64,000 nt of DNA. Source: Mobula hypostoma (Eukaryota). The position numbers and the translations under genes were made by a program. The DNA is taken from the NCBI RefSeq assembly GCF_963921235.1, contig NC_086097.1, positions 141,548,001 to 141,612,000 of the forward strand, read 5' to 3'. Positions 34,995 through 47,501 of the stretch are shown piece by piece. Every line of letters begins with the position of its first letter. Position 1 is the stretch's first letter. The notes beneath the pieces were generated by a model, which saw only the letters and a list, made by a program, of their open reading frames with translations, did not search any database and was not told the origin of the DNA.

Positions 34995-37900
34995 TGGTGT
35001 CCGGCCTCACTAACATGGGTGTGTGACACAAGGTGGGACAAGACTGGAAGACCTCTAGTAAATGGTAAGGTCAGAGGCCGCCCTGAGATGCCTACTGGTT
35101 GTTGATGGAGTAACAGCTTTTTGTAGCTGCTCCTATATTACTTACTTTGCTGTTTCCAACCTGTTTTGAAATCTTACTTTTAAACGTAACATTGTTTTAT
35201 TATGAGGGGTGCCAAAGGTAAAAAAGAAGAGGACCCTCCTGCAACTTTGGAATCTATTACTGAGACGCTTCGGAAACATAAAAAAGAATTTTCTGAAGAG
35301 TTCCAGCAACTCAGTACTGAAATTAAATAAATTGATGTAAAATTGGACTCGATTCAAAAAACCTTAATTGAACATGATAAACGATTACAGGAGAATGAAG
35401 ATACTCTGACAATTTTAGATGCGAAAATTGAAGACCTGCAACAGCTTTATGAAAAACAGTCAAAGTCTAATGAAAAATTAAGACAGAAGATTATTGACTT
35501 AGAAAGCAGAAGCAGAAGAAATAATCTACAAATTCTGGGTCTTGAAGAGTTAATGGAAGGTAATCAGCCTACAGAATTCTTTGCAAACTTCTTGGCAAAA
35601 TTATTTCCAAAAATTTTAAAATTTGATCGAGCCCATAGATCGCCCATGCCCAGACCTGCCGTGGAAGAGAGACCCTGATGAGTGATAATCTGTTTTCATG
35701 ATTTTCAAACAGAAGAACTTTTAATTCGTGAATCCCATCAAACAGGTATGATTGATTACAACGGTCAGAAGATCAGAATTGTCGAGGATTTTTCACCGGA
35801 GGTGATGAATGAGCACTTCAAGTTTAAAAAGGTTCTGTCAGAACTGTATAACAAAGGTTTCAAGCTGTCTCTCCGTTATCCTGCTCAGCTCAGAATTATT
35901 TTGAGAAATGGTTCTCAGAACTGGCTCTGTTCGATACAAGAAGCTCAAGAATTTTTAGAATCAGGAGACTAATTGTTTAATATCTTCCTACATGAATAAT
36001 TGCTTCTTTTACTTTTGGTATACCTTTGCAGCTAACTCTCTTTTTGAACTCTTTAATGCTTTACTTAGAAAATAAGGTTTTAATGAGATAATACCTTGTG
36101 TGTTAATATGTTTTGAACTTTGATAGGTTTTTTAAAATATTATATATTATACTTATTTTTTCGAGTTTTTTCTTTCAATAAGGTTTAGTTTGCTTTATCT
36201 CATGTTTTGTCTAGGTTGGAATGCAGTTAACCTTGGAAATTTATTTAGAGCTATGCCAGCAGGTTTTTTTTGGGATAGCAATGTCATTAGGTTCAGCTGT
36301 CGACTATCTATTGGTTGGCTTTTTGATTTTGGGTGGGGGGTTGGGTGTTTTCTTTTCTGTAAGCTGTTTTGGTCTCTTAGCCACACTTGTTGCCTGGGTA
36401 CCCTATCTCAAAGTTCACTGTTTGGATTTAATATACATTCCAGTGGTTACTATTTTAACCTTTCTTTTAAGTAGTATTAAGAATGGATCATACTATTAAT
36501 TTACTTAGTTTTAATGTGAAAGGATTAAACCACCCTGTGAAACGGAATAAGATATTTACCTACATTAAAAAATTTAAGGTCCCAATTATCTTTTTTACAA
36601 GAAACTCACATTCGTAAATGTGACAATGTACACCTCTTTAGTCATTGGAAAGGACTTCAATTTCATTCCTCCTTTCAGGATAAGTCTAGGGTAGTTTCGA
36701 TTTTTATAGATAATAGAGTTTCTTTTGTTCAACATAAAGTAGTGTCTGATACCAATGGCCGTTTTACTACAGTATCAGGAAAATTAGATAATAAATTAAT
36801 GGCATTTGCTAATTTGTATGCCCCGAATATAGATGATCCAGGGTTTTTTGAGCGTTCTTTTTTTCACTTTTGCCAGATTTAAGTCTTTACTTACTGGTCT
36901 TGGGCGGAGATTTTAACTGCTGGTTAGACCCAGTTTTAGGTCGATCATCTTCTAAACCAGTGACACTTAGTAAATCGGCCTTGTTTATTTAATCTTTTCT
37001 AATGAAATGTGATATTGTTTCTTACATCCAATAGAAAAGGAGTACTCATTTTTTTCCCATGTCCATTATACATATTCTGGGATTGATTATTTTTTTACTG
37101 ATAGCCAAATGATTCCATTAGTTTGATCCTGTGAATATAAAGAGTTTGCTGTCTCAGATCATGCACCTGTGTTTTATCTTTAAATATCTCTGGTCTCCCT
37201 CAAATAAACAGATTTTGGCATTTTAATCCAACTTTGCTATCAGATAAGGATTTTTAAAAATTTTTGGACAGACAAATTACTCTTTTTTTTGAAGAAAATA
37301 CACGGGAAGAGACTTCTAGTCTTATTATATGGGATACCTTTAAGGCTTATATTAGAGGACAAATTATTTCTTATACTGCAAATGTTAAGAAAAAAGCTAA
37401 TAAAGAGAGAATTGAATTAGCTAATCAGTTGAAACAATTAGATCAAAAATATGCCTTGGCTCCAGAACCTAAAAGGCATGTTGAATTTAAAACCAAATAT
37501 GATCTTCTTTTAACATATCCAATTGAAACTCAACTCCTAAAAGATAAAAGTTAATTTTATATTCATGGAGACAAAACAGGTAAATTATTGGCTAACCAAT
37601 TAAAAACCTTTATAACTAAACAGCAAATTAAAGAAATTTGTAAAGCTAATGGTAATAGGACAACTGATCATTTAGAAATAGGTGATACCTTCAGAGAATT
37701 TTATTCTAACTTTATAGTTCTGACCCTCCTAAAGATAATACTGTAATGAATAATTTCTTAGACCAATTAAACATCCCTACACTTTCCGATGACAACCAAA
37801 AACAGTTGGATCAACCTATTTCTTATGAGGAAATTGCCGAGGCTGTATGTTCATTGCACTCAGGGAAGGCTCAGGGTCCTGATGGATTTTCTGGAGAATC

Positions 37901-40900
37901 TTATAAGGCTTTTCCCTCATTGCTTATACCGCACTTATATTCAGTCCTCTCGGTCTCCTTTAAGTTGCGTAGGTTGCCACAATCTTTTTATGAAGCTTCT
38001 ATTTCACTTACTCTTAAAAAGAATAAGAACCCAACTGAATGCTCTTCATATAGACCAATCTCCTTACTTAATGTTGACACTAAAATCCTATCCAAAGTTT
38101 TGGCTCGTAGGATTGAAAATATTTTACCATCTATCATTTCTGACAATCAGACTGGATTTATTAAAAGTCAATATTCCCACTTTAATATTCATTGTTTATT
38201 AAATGTTATTTATTATCCTTCTAAAGAGATATTGGAATGTGTGATATCCTTAGATGCTGAGAAAGCTTTCGATCGGGTTGAATAGAATTATTTATTTAAA
38301 ACTTTAGAAAAATTTAATTTTGGGTCTGATTCTATTCAATGGATTAAATTACTTTACTTATCTCCCTCTGCTCGGGTTCTTACTAACTCTCAGAATTCCA
38401 AACCATTTAAACTTCAACATGGAACTAGACAAGGTTGTCCTTTGAGCCCTTTGCTTTTTGATCTGGCCTTAGAACCCTTAGCTATTGCTTTTCGAGAATC
38501 TAATGATATCAGTGGTATTTTAAGGACAGGTACTATTCACAAAGTTTCGCTTTATGCCGATGACCTATTACTTTATATTTCTAATGTTGAGACTTCATTA
38601 CCTTCCGTACTTTCCTTACTCTCCTGTTTTGGTCAGTTTTCAGGATATAATCTAAATTGTCATAATAGTGAACTTTTTCCTTTGAATAATTTGGTAGCAA
38701 TTAATACTAACCTTTCTTTTAAAATTCTAAGAAATCAAGTTACTTATTTGGGTGTAACAATTACTAAGAATTATAAATACTTATTTAAAACAATTTTTTT
38801 TACCCTACTGAATTATGTAAAAAGGGCATTATCAAAATGGTTGCCCCTTTCATTATCGTTGATTGGCCAAATTAATTCTATTAAAATGAATATCTTGCCT
38901 AAGTTTTTATATCTTTTTCAGGCCTTACCCGCTTTTATTCCTAAATCCTTTTTTGATTCTCTTGATTCTATCATATCTTCATATATATGGAAAAATAAAC
39001 TTTCTTGACTAAATAAAGTTCATCTTCAAAAAGCTACAAAGAATGGAGGTTTAACGTTACCAAATTTTAGGTTTTATTACTGGGCAGTCAATATATGGAA
39101 TCTCACGTTTTGATCATATTATATTAACCGAGAGGACTGTCCAGTTTGGGTTTCTTTAGAAGCTAACTCTGTTAATAAATTTTCTATCACCTCTCTTCTC
39201 GGATCCTCAATTCCTTTATTTTTAAGTAAACTGATAGTTTTGTAGTTAAACATACTTTGAGGATTTGGCTACAATTTAGAAAATATTTTGGTTTATTGAG
39301 ATTCTCTCTTTCAAGTCCCATTTTTTCTAACTATTTTTTTAAACCTTCTATGACTGATGTAGTTTTCAAAGATTGGGATAGATTGGGTATTAAGTGCTTC
39401 CAGGATTTGTTTGTTGGAGGAAGTTCCTTTTCGTTTGAGCAGTTGTCAGCTAAATATAGCTTACCAAAAACCCACTTTTTTCGATATTTACAAATTAGAG
39501 ACTTTCTGCAATCTCAATTACATACATTTCCTAAAAGTCCCGATAAGAATTTATTAGATATAATTTTTAATTTGAAACCTTTTCATAATGGATCAATATC
39601 TAATATTTTATGGTATGTTGTTGGGAATGAGAAACGTTCCTTTAAACAAAATTATAAATCTCCGGGAACAAGACTTACAGACTTCAATTTCTGAGGAAAC
39701 TTGGAATGAAATTTTTAAATTGGTTAATACCTCATCGTTATGTGCCCGTCATTCTCTCCTACAATTTAAAGTGGTCCATAGGGCCCACATGACTAAAGAT
39801 AAGCTGTCTCGTTTTTATTCGGATATATCTCCCTATTGCGACAGATGTAACAATGGAGAAGCTTCATTAACTCATATGTTCTAGACATGCCCGAGTCTTG
39901 AAAAATATTGGAAAGAAGTATTCCAAACTTTTTCTGTACTTCTCAGAGTAAATTTTAAACCTAACCCTTTGACTGCCTTATTCGGTATTGTTGGAGGAAA
40001 ATATATTATCTTGGAGACACCTGATTTGCACATTTTGGCTCTTATTTCTCTTATAGCTAGGAGGGCGTTGTTGCTTAAGTGGGAGGATGTTGCTCTGCCT
40101 ACTCATGCTCAATAGTTAAGCGATGTTATGTCATGCTTAAATTTAGAGAAGATTCGTTGTTCAATCTCTGAATCTAGAAAAAACTTTCTAACATTGTGGG
40201 GACCATTTTTGAATTATTTTCAAAATCTTTGATTTGTTATTATGTACAGATGTTGGCTAATAATATGTTTTACTATATGATAAGGATTTTTTCTTTTTTC
40301 TTTCCTTACCAAACAGCTTTTCTTGTTAGTGGGTTTAGATTTTTTTTTTGTATAATAAAATCATTACTTTTCAATATTACGATTCAATCTAATTTACATG
40401 AATATGGGGTAATGAGACTATAAGTGTGATTTAAATATATTGTAATTGATATATAATATATATCCTCCTGTACTGTGTATTCTTTTATGTAAGAAATCAA
40501 TAAAAATATTAAAAAAGAAAAAGAGGCTGCCCTGTTACCTTCTCATGGGATACTGGAGGATCCCGAACCACCGTCAACACCACTAACGTAACTAACGCAA
40601 ACTGGGAAATACAAGGTAAGATTATCTTTAGTGGATTTACAGGACATTCACAAGTGGGACATGTAAGTACACCCTTAGAAGTTAGAATAGGAGACATAGC
40701 ATTAGAACATTTGATAGTGCTAGTTGAATTACCTCGGGAGCAGGAACTTGTACTGGGGAGTGATTACATGGCCAAAGCGGAGTTTGTTTTGATCCAGTTA
40801 ACTGTATGATTTGGTGAGTGCCAACTGGTATGAATCTCATGTGCCACAGACAGATTCCAGTAGGTGGATATCAGGATAGAATATGCACCATGGGTGAAAT

Positions 40901-43900
40901 GTGGATAAAACCAGAGGAGATGAGCAATGCTCACATGGTACAGCAAATCATTGCACAGAACTCAGGGCATTTGCACAGTACAAGTATGACTGCAGAAAGA
41001 TGGCTGGCAGTGTGTGCATACAAGGTCCAGACCCCAAACCACAGAAGCAATATGGGTTTCCCAAAGAAGCTGAGGAAGATGTGATAGGTAATACAGAGTT
41101 TGGTACAACAAGGGGTACTGAGGCCGGTAGCCTCAACTAATAACTCACCCATATGGCCAGTGAGATTGACAATAGACGATCGAGAGCTGAATAAAGTAAC
41201 CCCTTTAACAGCCCCGACTGTAGCAACTAACCCAGAAACAGTAGTCAAACAGAATGAAAGAGCACAATGGTTTACAGTTTTAGACATAAATAATGGATTT
41301 TCGTCTATCCCACGAGAAAGAGAGTGTCAATACAAGTTTGCATTTACCTTTCAGGGACAGCAATATACATGGACTGCCTTACCACAGGGGTTCCATAATT
41401 CCCCATCTATATTTCACTAACATTTAGGGGAAGGGTTAAAGCGGTTCTCAAAGCCTGAATGCTTGGTCCAATACGTAGATGATCTACTCCTGCAGACTGG
41501 ATCTAATCAGGAACATTATCAGCTATTGACAGAACTACTGCAATTATTGCATGCATTGGGACTAAGGGTAAATCCTAAAAAAGCACAGGTGATGAAACAA
41601 AAAGTTAGTTATTTAGGAATGACCTTGACACTGGGAGAAAGAGAAATTGAAAAATGAAGAGTAGAATCAGTTATGAAACTGCCTATTCCCCAAGATGTGA
41701 AAAGGCTGAGGTCCTTTCTGGGGCTGATAGGCTACTGTAGGGATCACATTGATGGATTTTCCACTAAGGCAGCTCCTTTAATGGAGTTACTGAAAAAGAA
41801 TGTGGCACGAGAATGGAAATCAGAACACACCCAGGCCATCACAGACCTGAAGCAAGCACTGGCCACGGCACCTGCTTTAAAAACCCCAAATCTGAATGAA
41901 CCATTCTCACTGGAGATGGCTACAACTGATACCACCCTCTCAGCAGTCCTATTACAGGAGACGCATGGGAAGTTAAGACCAGTAGCATATGCATCACGCA
42001 TGGTCTCACCAGTAGAACAGGAGTATACTGTATGTGAAAAACACTTATTAGCGATTTTCTAGGCAGTACAACATTTCACCTACATAGTGGGATTTAATCC
42101 ACTTACAATATTGACAGAACATACCCCCATACAATTACTGTTAGATGGAAGGGTTAAAGATGGTTCAGTAAGCCAAAACAGAATTGCTAGATGGACATTG
42201 CTGTTGCAAGGGAGAAATATAACTGTAAAACGAGTAAGTACCACCACTATGTCTGGTGTACCAAGGTGGTGAACATGAGTGTCAGGTTATGATAGCAAAT
42301 GATCCCAAGGGACCATTTGTATCAAAACAAAAAGGAGGGGGTAGAGGCAAATCAGACAAAGTAATGCCTGAGACCAAAGACACAAAAGAGAAGGGAAAAC
42401 CCTATTTAAAAATTTTTGTAGATGGCTCCTCATTAGTACAGGATGGTGATGAGAGGAGAACTGGGTGTGGCATATATGTAGAGGATGAACATGGACAGGA
42501 AAGGTATAGTATAGCATTAAAGCTACCCAAAACCATGAGTGCACAGGCAGCAGAATTGGCAGCTGTAGCATATGTGGTTAGCCACCCAGAATGTTTTCCA
42601 CCTGGATCAGTCATACACGCCAATAGTATGTATGTTTGTAACAGCCTTACAGAACATTTGCCTCTGTGGGAAGCAAGAGGGTTTGTTTCAGCTGACAGAA
42701 AGCCCCTCCCATCTGCTGCTCTGTTGCAATACATATTTGAAGCAAAGGAGAAAGAATATGGAATTGTAAAGGTGAAAGCCCACTCTAAATCATCCCCTAA
42801 AGGGAATAGGAAGGCTGATGAGTTAGCAAAGCAAGGTGCTTTAAATGGGCAGGACTGACAGTCACAGATTGGGGAGATGGGAAGGCAGAAGGAACAACAG
42901 ATTAAGGTTATTGATTTAATCGAGGAGCAGAAGAAGGATGAAGAATTTTTTTAAAAATAGAAGGAGTAGGGTCAGAAATGTATGAAGAGCACAAGGGTGT
43001 ACATGTTAAGGATAGAGTAGTCCTATGTGAAGGAAAGTTTGTGGTCCCAGAGGGAGGAAGAAATCAGATGATCCACTGGTACCATGATTTATGGGGACAC
43101 CAGGGATCTGAAAGCACCCTGGAAAAGATAAAGGAAGTGTGTTGGTGGCCTAGGATGAAGGACCATGTGGAACACTATGTCAAGAATTGTTTGATTTGTG
43201 TACAATATAATCCTGACGGAAATGTAAAGAAAGGAGCCCTCTGACCTAACAGACCAGTGGAAGAACCTTGGACTAATTTGCAGATAGATTATGTTGGACC
43301 CTTGCCACCCACCACAGGAGGGTACAAATATATCCTTGTAGTAGTAGATACTTTCACCAAATGGGTGGAAGCTTTCCCAACGAAGAGCAACACGGCCAAA
43401 GCCACCGCAAAAATCTTACTGGAAAGGGTTTTTACTCACTGGGGATTACCTTGGAGTATAGAGTCAAATAGAGGCACACATTTTACAGCCCAGATAATGC
43501 AAGATGCCATGGCACTTTTAGGGATTAAGCAGAGATTTCATATACCCTACAGACCACAGTCTAGTGGAATTGTGGAAAGGAAGAACCAGACTTTAAAAAA
43601 TATGATGGCCAAAATGGTGCAACAACATCGAACAACATGGCAAGTAGTTTTGCCTTATGCATTGATAATAATAAGGAATACAGTGGCATCTTCAAAAGGT
43701 TACAACCCTTAGAAACTCATGACTGGAAGAAACACGAGAGGGTTAGAGGAGTTGTTAGGATTAGATATGTCAGAACCTGAAATAGATGGAATTGAGTCAG
43801 AAAAGTGGGTACAACAGTTGGTAGAGATACTGAAAGAGGCCAATTATGTGGCAGCCCATCAAATAGGAAAGAAGAAGCAATAGAGTAAAGCCTACTTTGA

Positions 43901-44441
43901 CTCTAAGGTCAGTCCCATAAAATTAAGCCCAGGACAAAGAGTGATGATTAGAATATACCAACCCACTTCATTTTTAAATCCAAGGTTTTCAGGGCCCTAT
44001 GAAATCATAGACAAAGCAAGTCCATCAGTACACAGGGTACTAACTTCGCCAGATAAAAGTGGATGATATCCCATCAACGAGTTGAAATTGGTGGGGGAGA
44101 AACAGGAAAATTATCATCATCAGCACATAACAATTGATGCACATGATAGTCCTAATTTTGGAGACTGGACAATTGATGTATGTGATAGTTCTGATTTGGA
44201 AGATCTGAGTTTGGAACAGTTATTCCAAGAAGATGGCAACAGATCTGACCAAGGAGGAGTTTTTCCATTTTCTCAGTCTGAAAAACAGGGGAGGTTTGTA
44301 AAGAAAATGAGGAGAAGAAATACATTGGTTCCTGCCTCCACTATCCTGAAACGAAATTGGGTGAGAAAAGACGTACGACTTGAGTCCAAAGACAATTGGG
44401 AGCCCAGATTGCATGGGTTGGAAAATCAGATAGAAAAGTAA
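34995..44441 (+). pseudogene. pol: ERV pro-pol (protease split by L1; RT, tether, RNase H, integrase)
   Basis: GRPLVNGKVRG.P|VTFSWDTGGSRT (DTG at 40549-40557). RT: NSPIWPV, VLDINNGF, LPQGFHNSP and YVDD (41472-41483). Tether RPVAYASR. RNase H: IFVDGSS..AQAAELAA..GNRKAD. Integrase: H..GH..C..C, QIDYVGPLP, SSGIVERKN and GPY. Confidence 0.93.
35086..40521 (+). mobile_element. Full-length L1 LINE (decayed) with a 13-bp TSD
   Basis: TSD AGAGGC(C/T)GCCCTG at 35073-35085 and 40522-40534. ORF1 35202-35972 (DLESRSRRNNL, DRAHR). ORF2 36483-40232 (SFNVKGLN, GGDFN, YRPISLLN, LDAEKAFD, GTRQGCPLSP, YADD, C-terminal CCHC-like CDRC..HMF). AATAAA plus A-rich tail. Confidence 0.95.
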
Positions 44442-44505
44442 TTTAAGATTGGAACTGGAAATAAGAGCAGATATTACCCTTGTGTATTTACAGGTTTAAT
44501 TCAAT

Positions 44506-47358
44506 ATGAAGCCAATAATGTATTTTATGGTGAAGAAGATGGCGGCGCGCCTGCATGTGCACAGCCCTCTGGTGAAAAATGATATTGTATCTGTCAAATG
44601 GGGCCATGGACAATTCTGATTTGATGAAGAATGGAAGTGAAAGCACCGAGGAACATCTGGAGAAATTTCTGAAACACCCATTCGCTGCTGTCGTTCGGAG
44701 GGTAGGCCTCAAAATCCCCGGCCTTGCCTGCTTTTGGCGATCGAGAAGGAGGTCGAATCGTTCGGACAGAGATGGCGCTTAGTACCTGGTGTCGGAGAGC
44801 TGATCAGAGCTCGAAGTTTTCGGATGACTCAGAGTTGGATTGTGGTCGGCATGGCAGGGAGAGTTTTTCTTCCTTCTCCCGTCTGCGTGAGATGTGGGAC
44901 ATTTGAGAAACTTTGAACTTTACTGTGCTCATGGACTTCTTCATCAAGTTATGGTATTGTTGCACTGTTGTAACTATATGTTACAATTATGTGGTTTTGT
45001 CAGTTTTTTCAGTCTTGGTCTGTCCTGTGTTTTGTGATATCACACCGGAGGAAATAATGTATCATTTCTTAATGCATGCATTACTAAATAACAATAAAAG
45101 AGGACTACGTGTCTTCATAATCTAAAAAAATTGACCATGACTGGATTCATGATTGGTTGTGCTTCAGAAACATTACTGCGGATGAACTTATCAACAACAA
45201 CTTCATTATACGAAGATTATTCGGTGATCAAAAGCAATTTTTCTCAACGGACATGGGTAATACCGGCACATGTGGAAGAAATGGAAGACTCGAATTTGTA
45301 TTATGCTGGGGTAGATGGTTTGATGTGCGTGGATAAATATTCCAGAGGGTACAAAGGTACAATTCCTATGTAATAAAATTTTAGAAGTTACGTTGTTTAG
45401 TAACCCAGAGGGGATAATTATTAGTCAGTTTTTAGGCCCAATTATTGAGCAACCTTCAGGTGATGATGGCCACAGTAAGATTACAGTTCTGTGGGATCAC
45501 TCTCAAGTGAATATTGAGTGATCTACACAAGAGATATGTCGATTGGGGTGGCCACATCAAGCATTTCTCAAAGATTGTTTCTTTTGTTATAAACTGTCCA
45601 CAGGAGGATGTAGTACACGGGGAGAGTAGAATGGAAAGGACACTAAGGGACACTGAGTAAGAGTTTCTGTCAGGGCCCAGGTCCTTTCAGGGTTTTCAAA
45701 ACTAAGGAAATTGACCACTCCACAACCCCAATTAACTGAAACTACACACCAGAGCCTAAATGTAGTGAGACTCAACGTAATACAAATGGGGTAGGATTAG
45801 TGCTAGACAGGGGAATTTGTCACTTTGGTACCAGGGTACCAGCACGTGCAGGTAATTTTTAATTTAACTGAAATAATGGTGCCTGAATGGTGCTCTTCTA
45901 CAACGAAACAATTATTTACTCACCTTCTTGGGAGACAACTAAACAGGAGTGAATTTAGGTCAGTCAAAAATAGAAAGAAGAGAGGACTATTGGAATTAGT
46001 GGGAGCAGGTTATGCATCAGGGGTAACAACAGTTAATACCTTAGATATAGCAGAATTGGAAAATCAGATACAGTCTCTTCAGCTAAAAATGCAGGACATT
46101 ACGGAGGAGAATTATCAGGATCAGATGCAAACTAGTCAAATTGGTCGGAGTGCATCACATGTAATGCTGGATTCACTTAAATTTTTGAAACCACTTCAGG
46201 ATACAACAAATTTGATAACTGACCACATAGACCTCCTATCTAAAGGAACACGTAAAGCAGAGATCTATGCTACATATACTAGTTGGAAGCTCGCCATGGT
46301 TGGTACAAATTTATTACAACTTGATGCATATCAAGTGCCAAATTGGATATCAGATGAGAAATTGATAGAATGGGTTGGAGAAGAGGTTCCCTAATGTCAT
46401 ATTAGAAGTCTTACATTAACCAATAGAGTACTGGCTACTTGTGACGATAGTAAAGGGAGGTTTTATGTAGGTGCAGTAGTCCACATTCCCCATCATGGAA
46501 ATAATTTCACTTACTGCTTGAAAAGGGTTCACAATGTAGGTAAATATCATGAGAATACTTGGATATTCTTAAGCAACCCACCAAAACATGCTATTGTTAT
46601 GAATGGTACAGTATTGGAAAAGGGATAGATTTATCGAAATGTCATCCAGGGGGAAACCACTGGGCTTGTCCAGAAGAGATGACGAGACAAAAACTTGTGG
46701 ATTCTGGTTTCAATACTTATGAGAATTGTTCATTGTCTATTTTGCCTGTGAATAATAATTCTTTTCTGCAGTATGCGCTGGTGGGATGAACATACTGTAT
46801 TATATAGCAACATCAGCCACGAGTTATACCAAGGGATGGAAAGAGTGTCCTTTGGAAAGTTACAATGTTGCATTTGGGAATGTGACTTTAAATTTGACTA
46901 TTGGAGGACAAACTTTGCCTCAACCAGCAGTGGAGAAGGTGGTGGAGGAAAGTCTTGCAATCGAATGAACTGATACAGATCGATATTTGTGGGACTATGT
47001 TTTAACAGAGTTGTCACCGATTCCTCATTTGACTGCAGGCTGGACACGAGTGGTGGAGGAGGCAAAGGAGATAATTCATCAGTGGACTGAACATACAAAA
47101 GTTATTAAGACACATGCTGAGAAGGCAAATGAAATACTGAGTGACTCAGACTTTTGGGATAAATTTTGGAATTGGGGATCAAATGTTCAAATACATCCAT
47201 GGGTGAGGATAATCTCACATGCTGCTGTAATATTAATTTTTTGAACACTAATGATTGTTTTATTTAATGTGTATCAACTTAGAAGATGAAAGGCTGAAAT
47301 TATGCAAAAGGTAGAGGGGAATGATTTTGCAATACTGAAAAAACAATGGCCAGTATAA
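44506..47358 (+). pseudogene. env: ERV env, class I fusion glycoprotein resembling pneumo/paramyxovirus F (decayed; interrupted at 44530-45130)
   Basis: Reconstructed signal peptide MKPIMYFM|LTMTGFMIGCAS. Furin site RKKR at 45972-45983, followed by GLLELVGAGYASGVTTVNTL and a heptad repeat. Then a Cys-rich region, a C-terminal helix, Trp-rich FWDKFWNW, a hydrophobic TM and a short tail. Confidence 0.85.
44530..45130 (+). mobile_element. Non-coding ~600-bp retroposon, copy 3 of 3, inserted in the env signal-peptide coding region
   Basis: Starts GAAGAAGATGGCGGCGCG, ends AATAAAAGAGGACTACGTGTCTTCATAATCTAAAAAAA, and is homologous to 15000-15654 and 17724-18376. Confidence 0.82.
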
Positions 47359-47488
47359 AAAGTGTATGAATTTAGTAAGTAAATGTTATAATGTAAGTGC
47401 AGCACACCTACTGGAGATCCATGGCAATCCAATGGATGGTACACAGAATACAGGAGAATAGTGATCCTAAGCTAAATATCTTTGGATC

Positions 47489-47501
47489 AAGAGGAGGGAG
47501 A
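47489..47501 (+). promoter_or_regulatory. Polypurine tract
   Basis: AAGAGGAGGGAGA immediately before the TG start of the 3' LTR. Confidence 0.9.

Noticed and set aside
41400..47300. Possible APOBEC-type G-to-A hypermutation of the provirus (several TGG to TAG/TGA stops)
   Set aside because: Other stops look like C-to-T changes (CGA/CAA/CAG), and LTR differences go in both directions. This is consistent with ordinary neutral decay.
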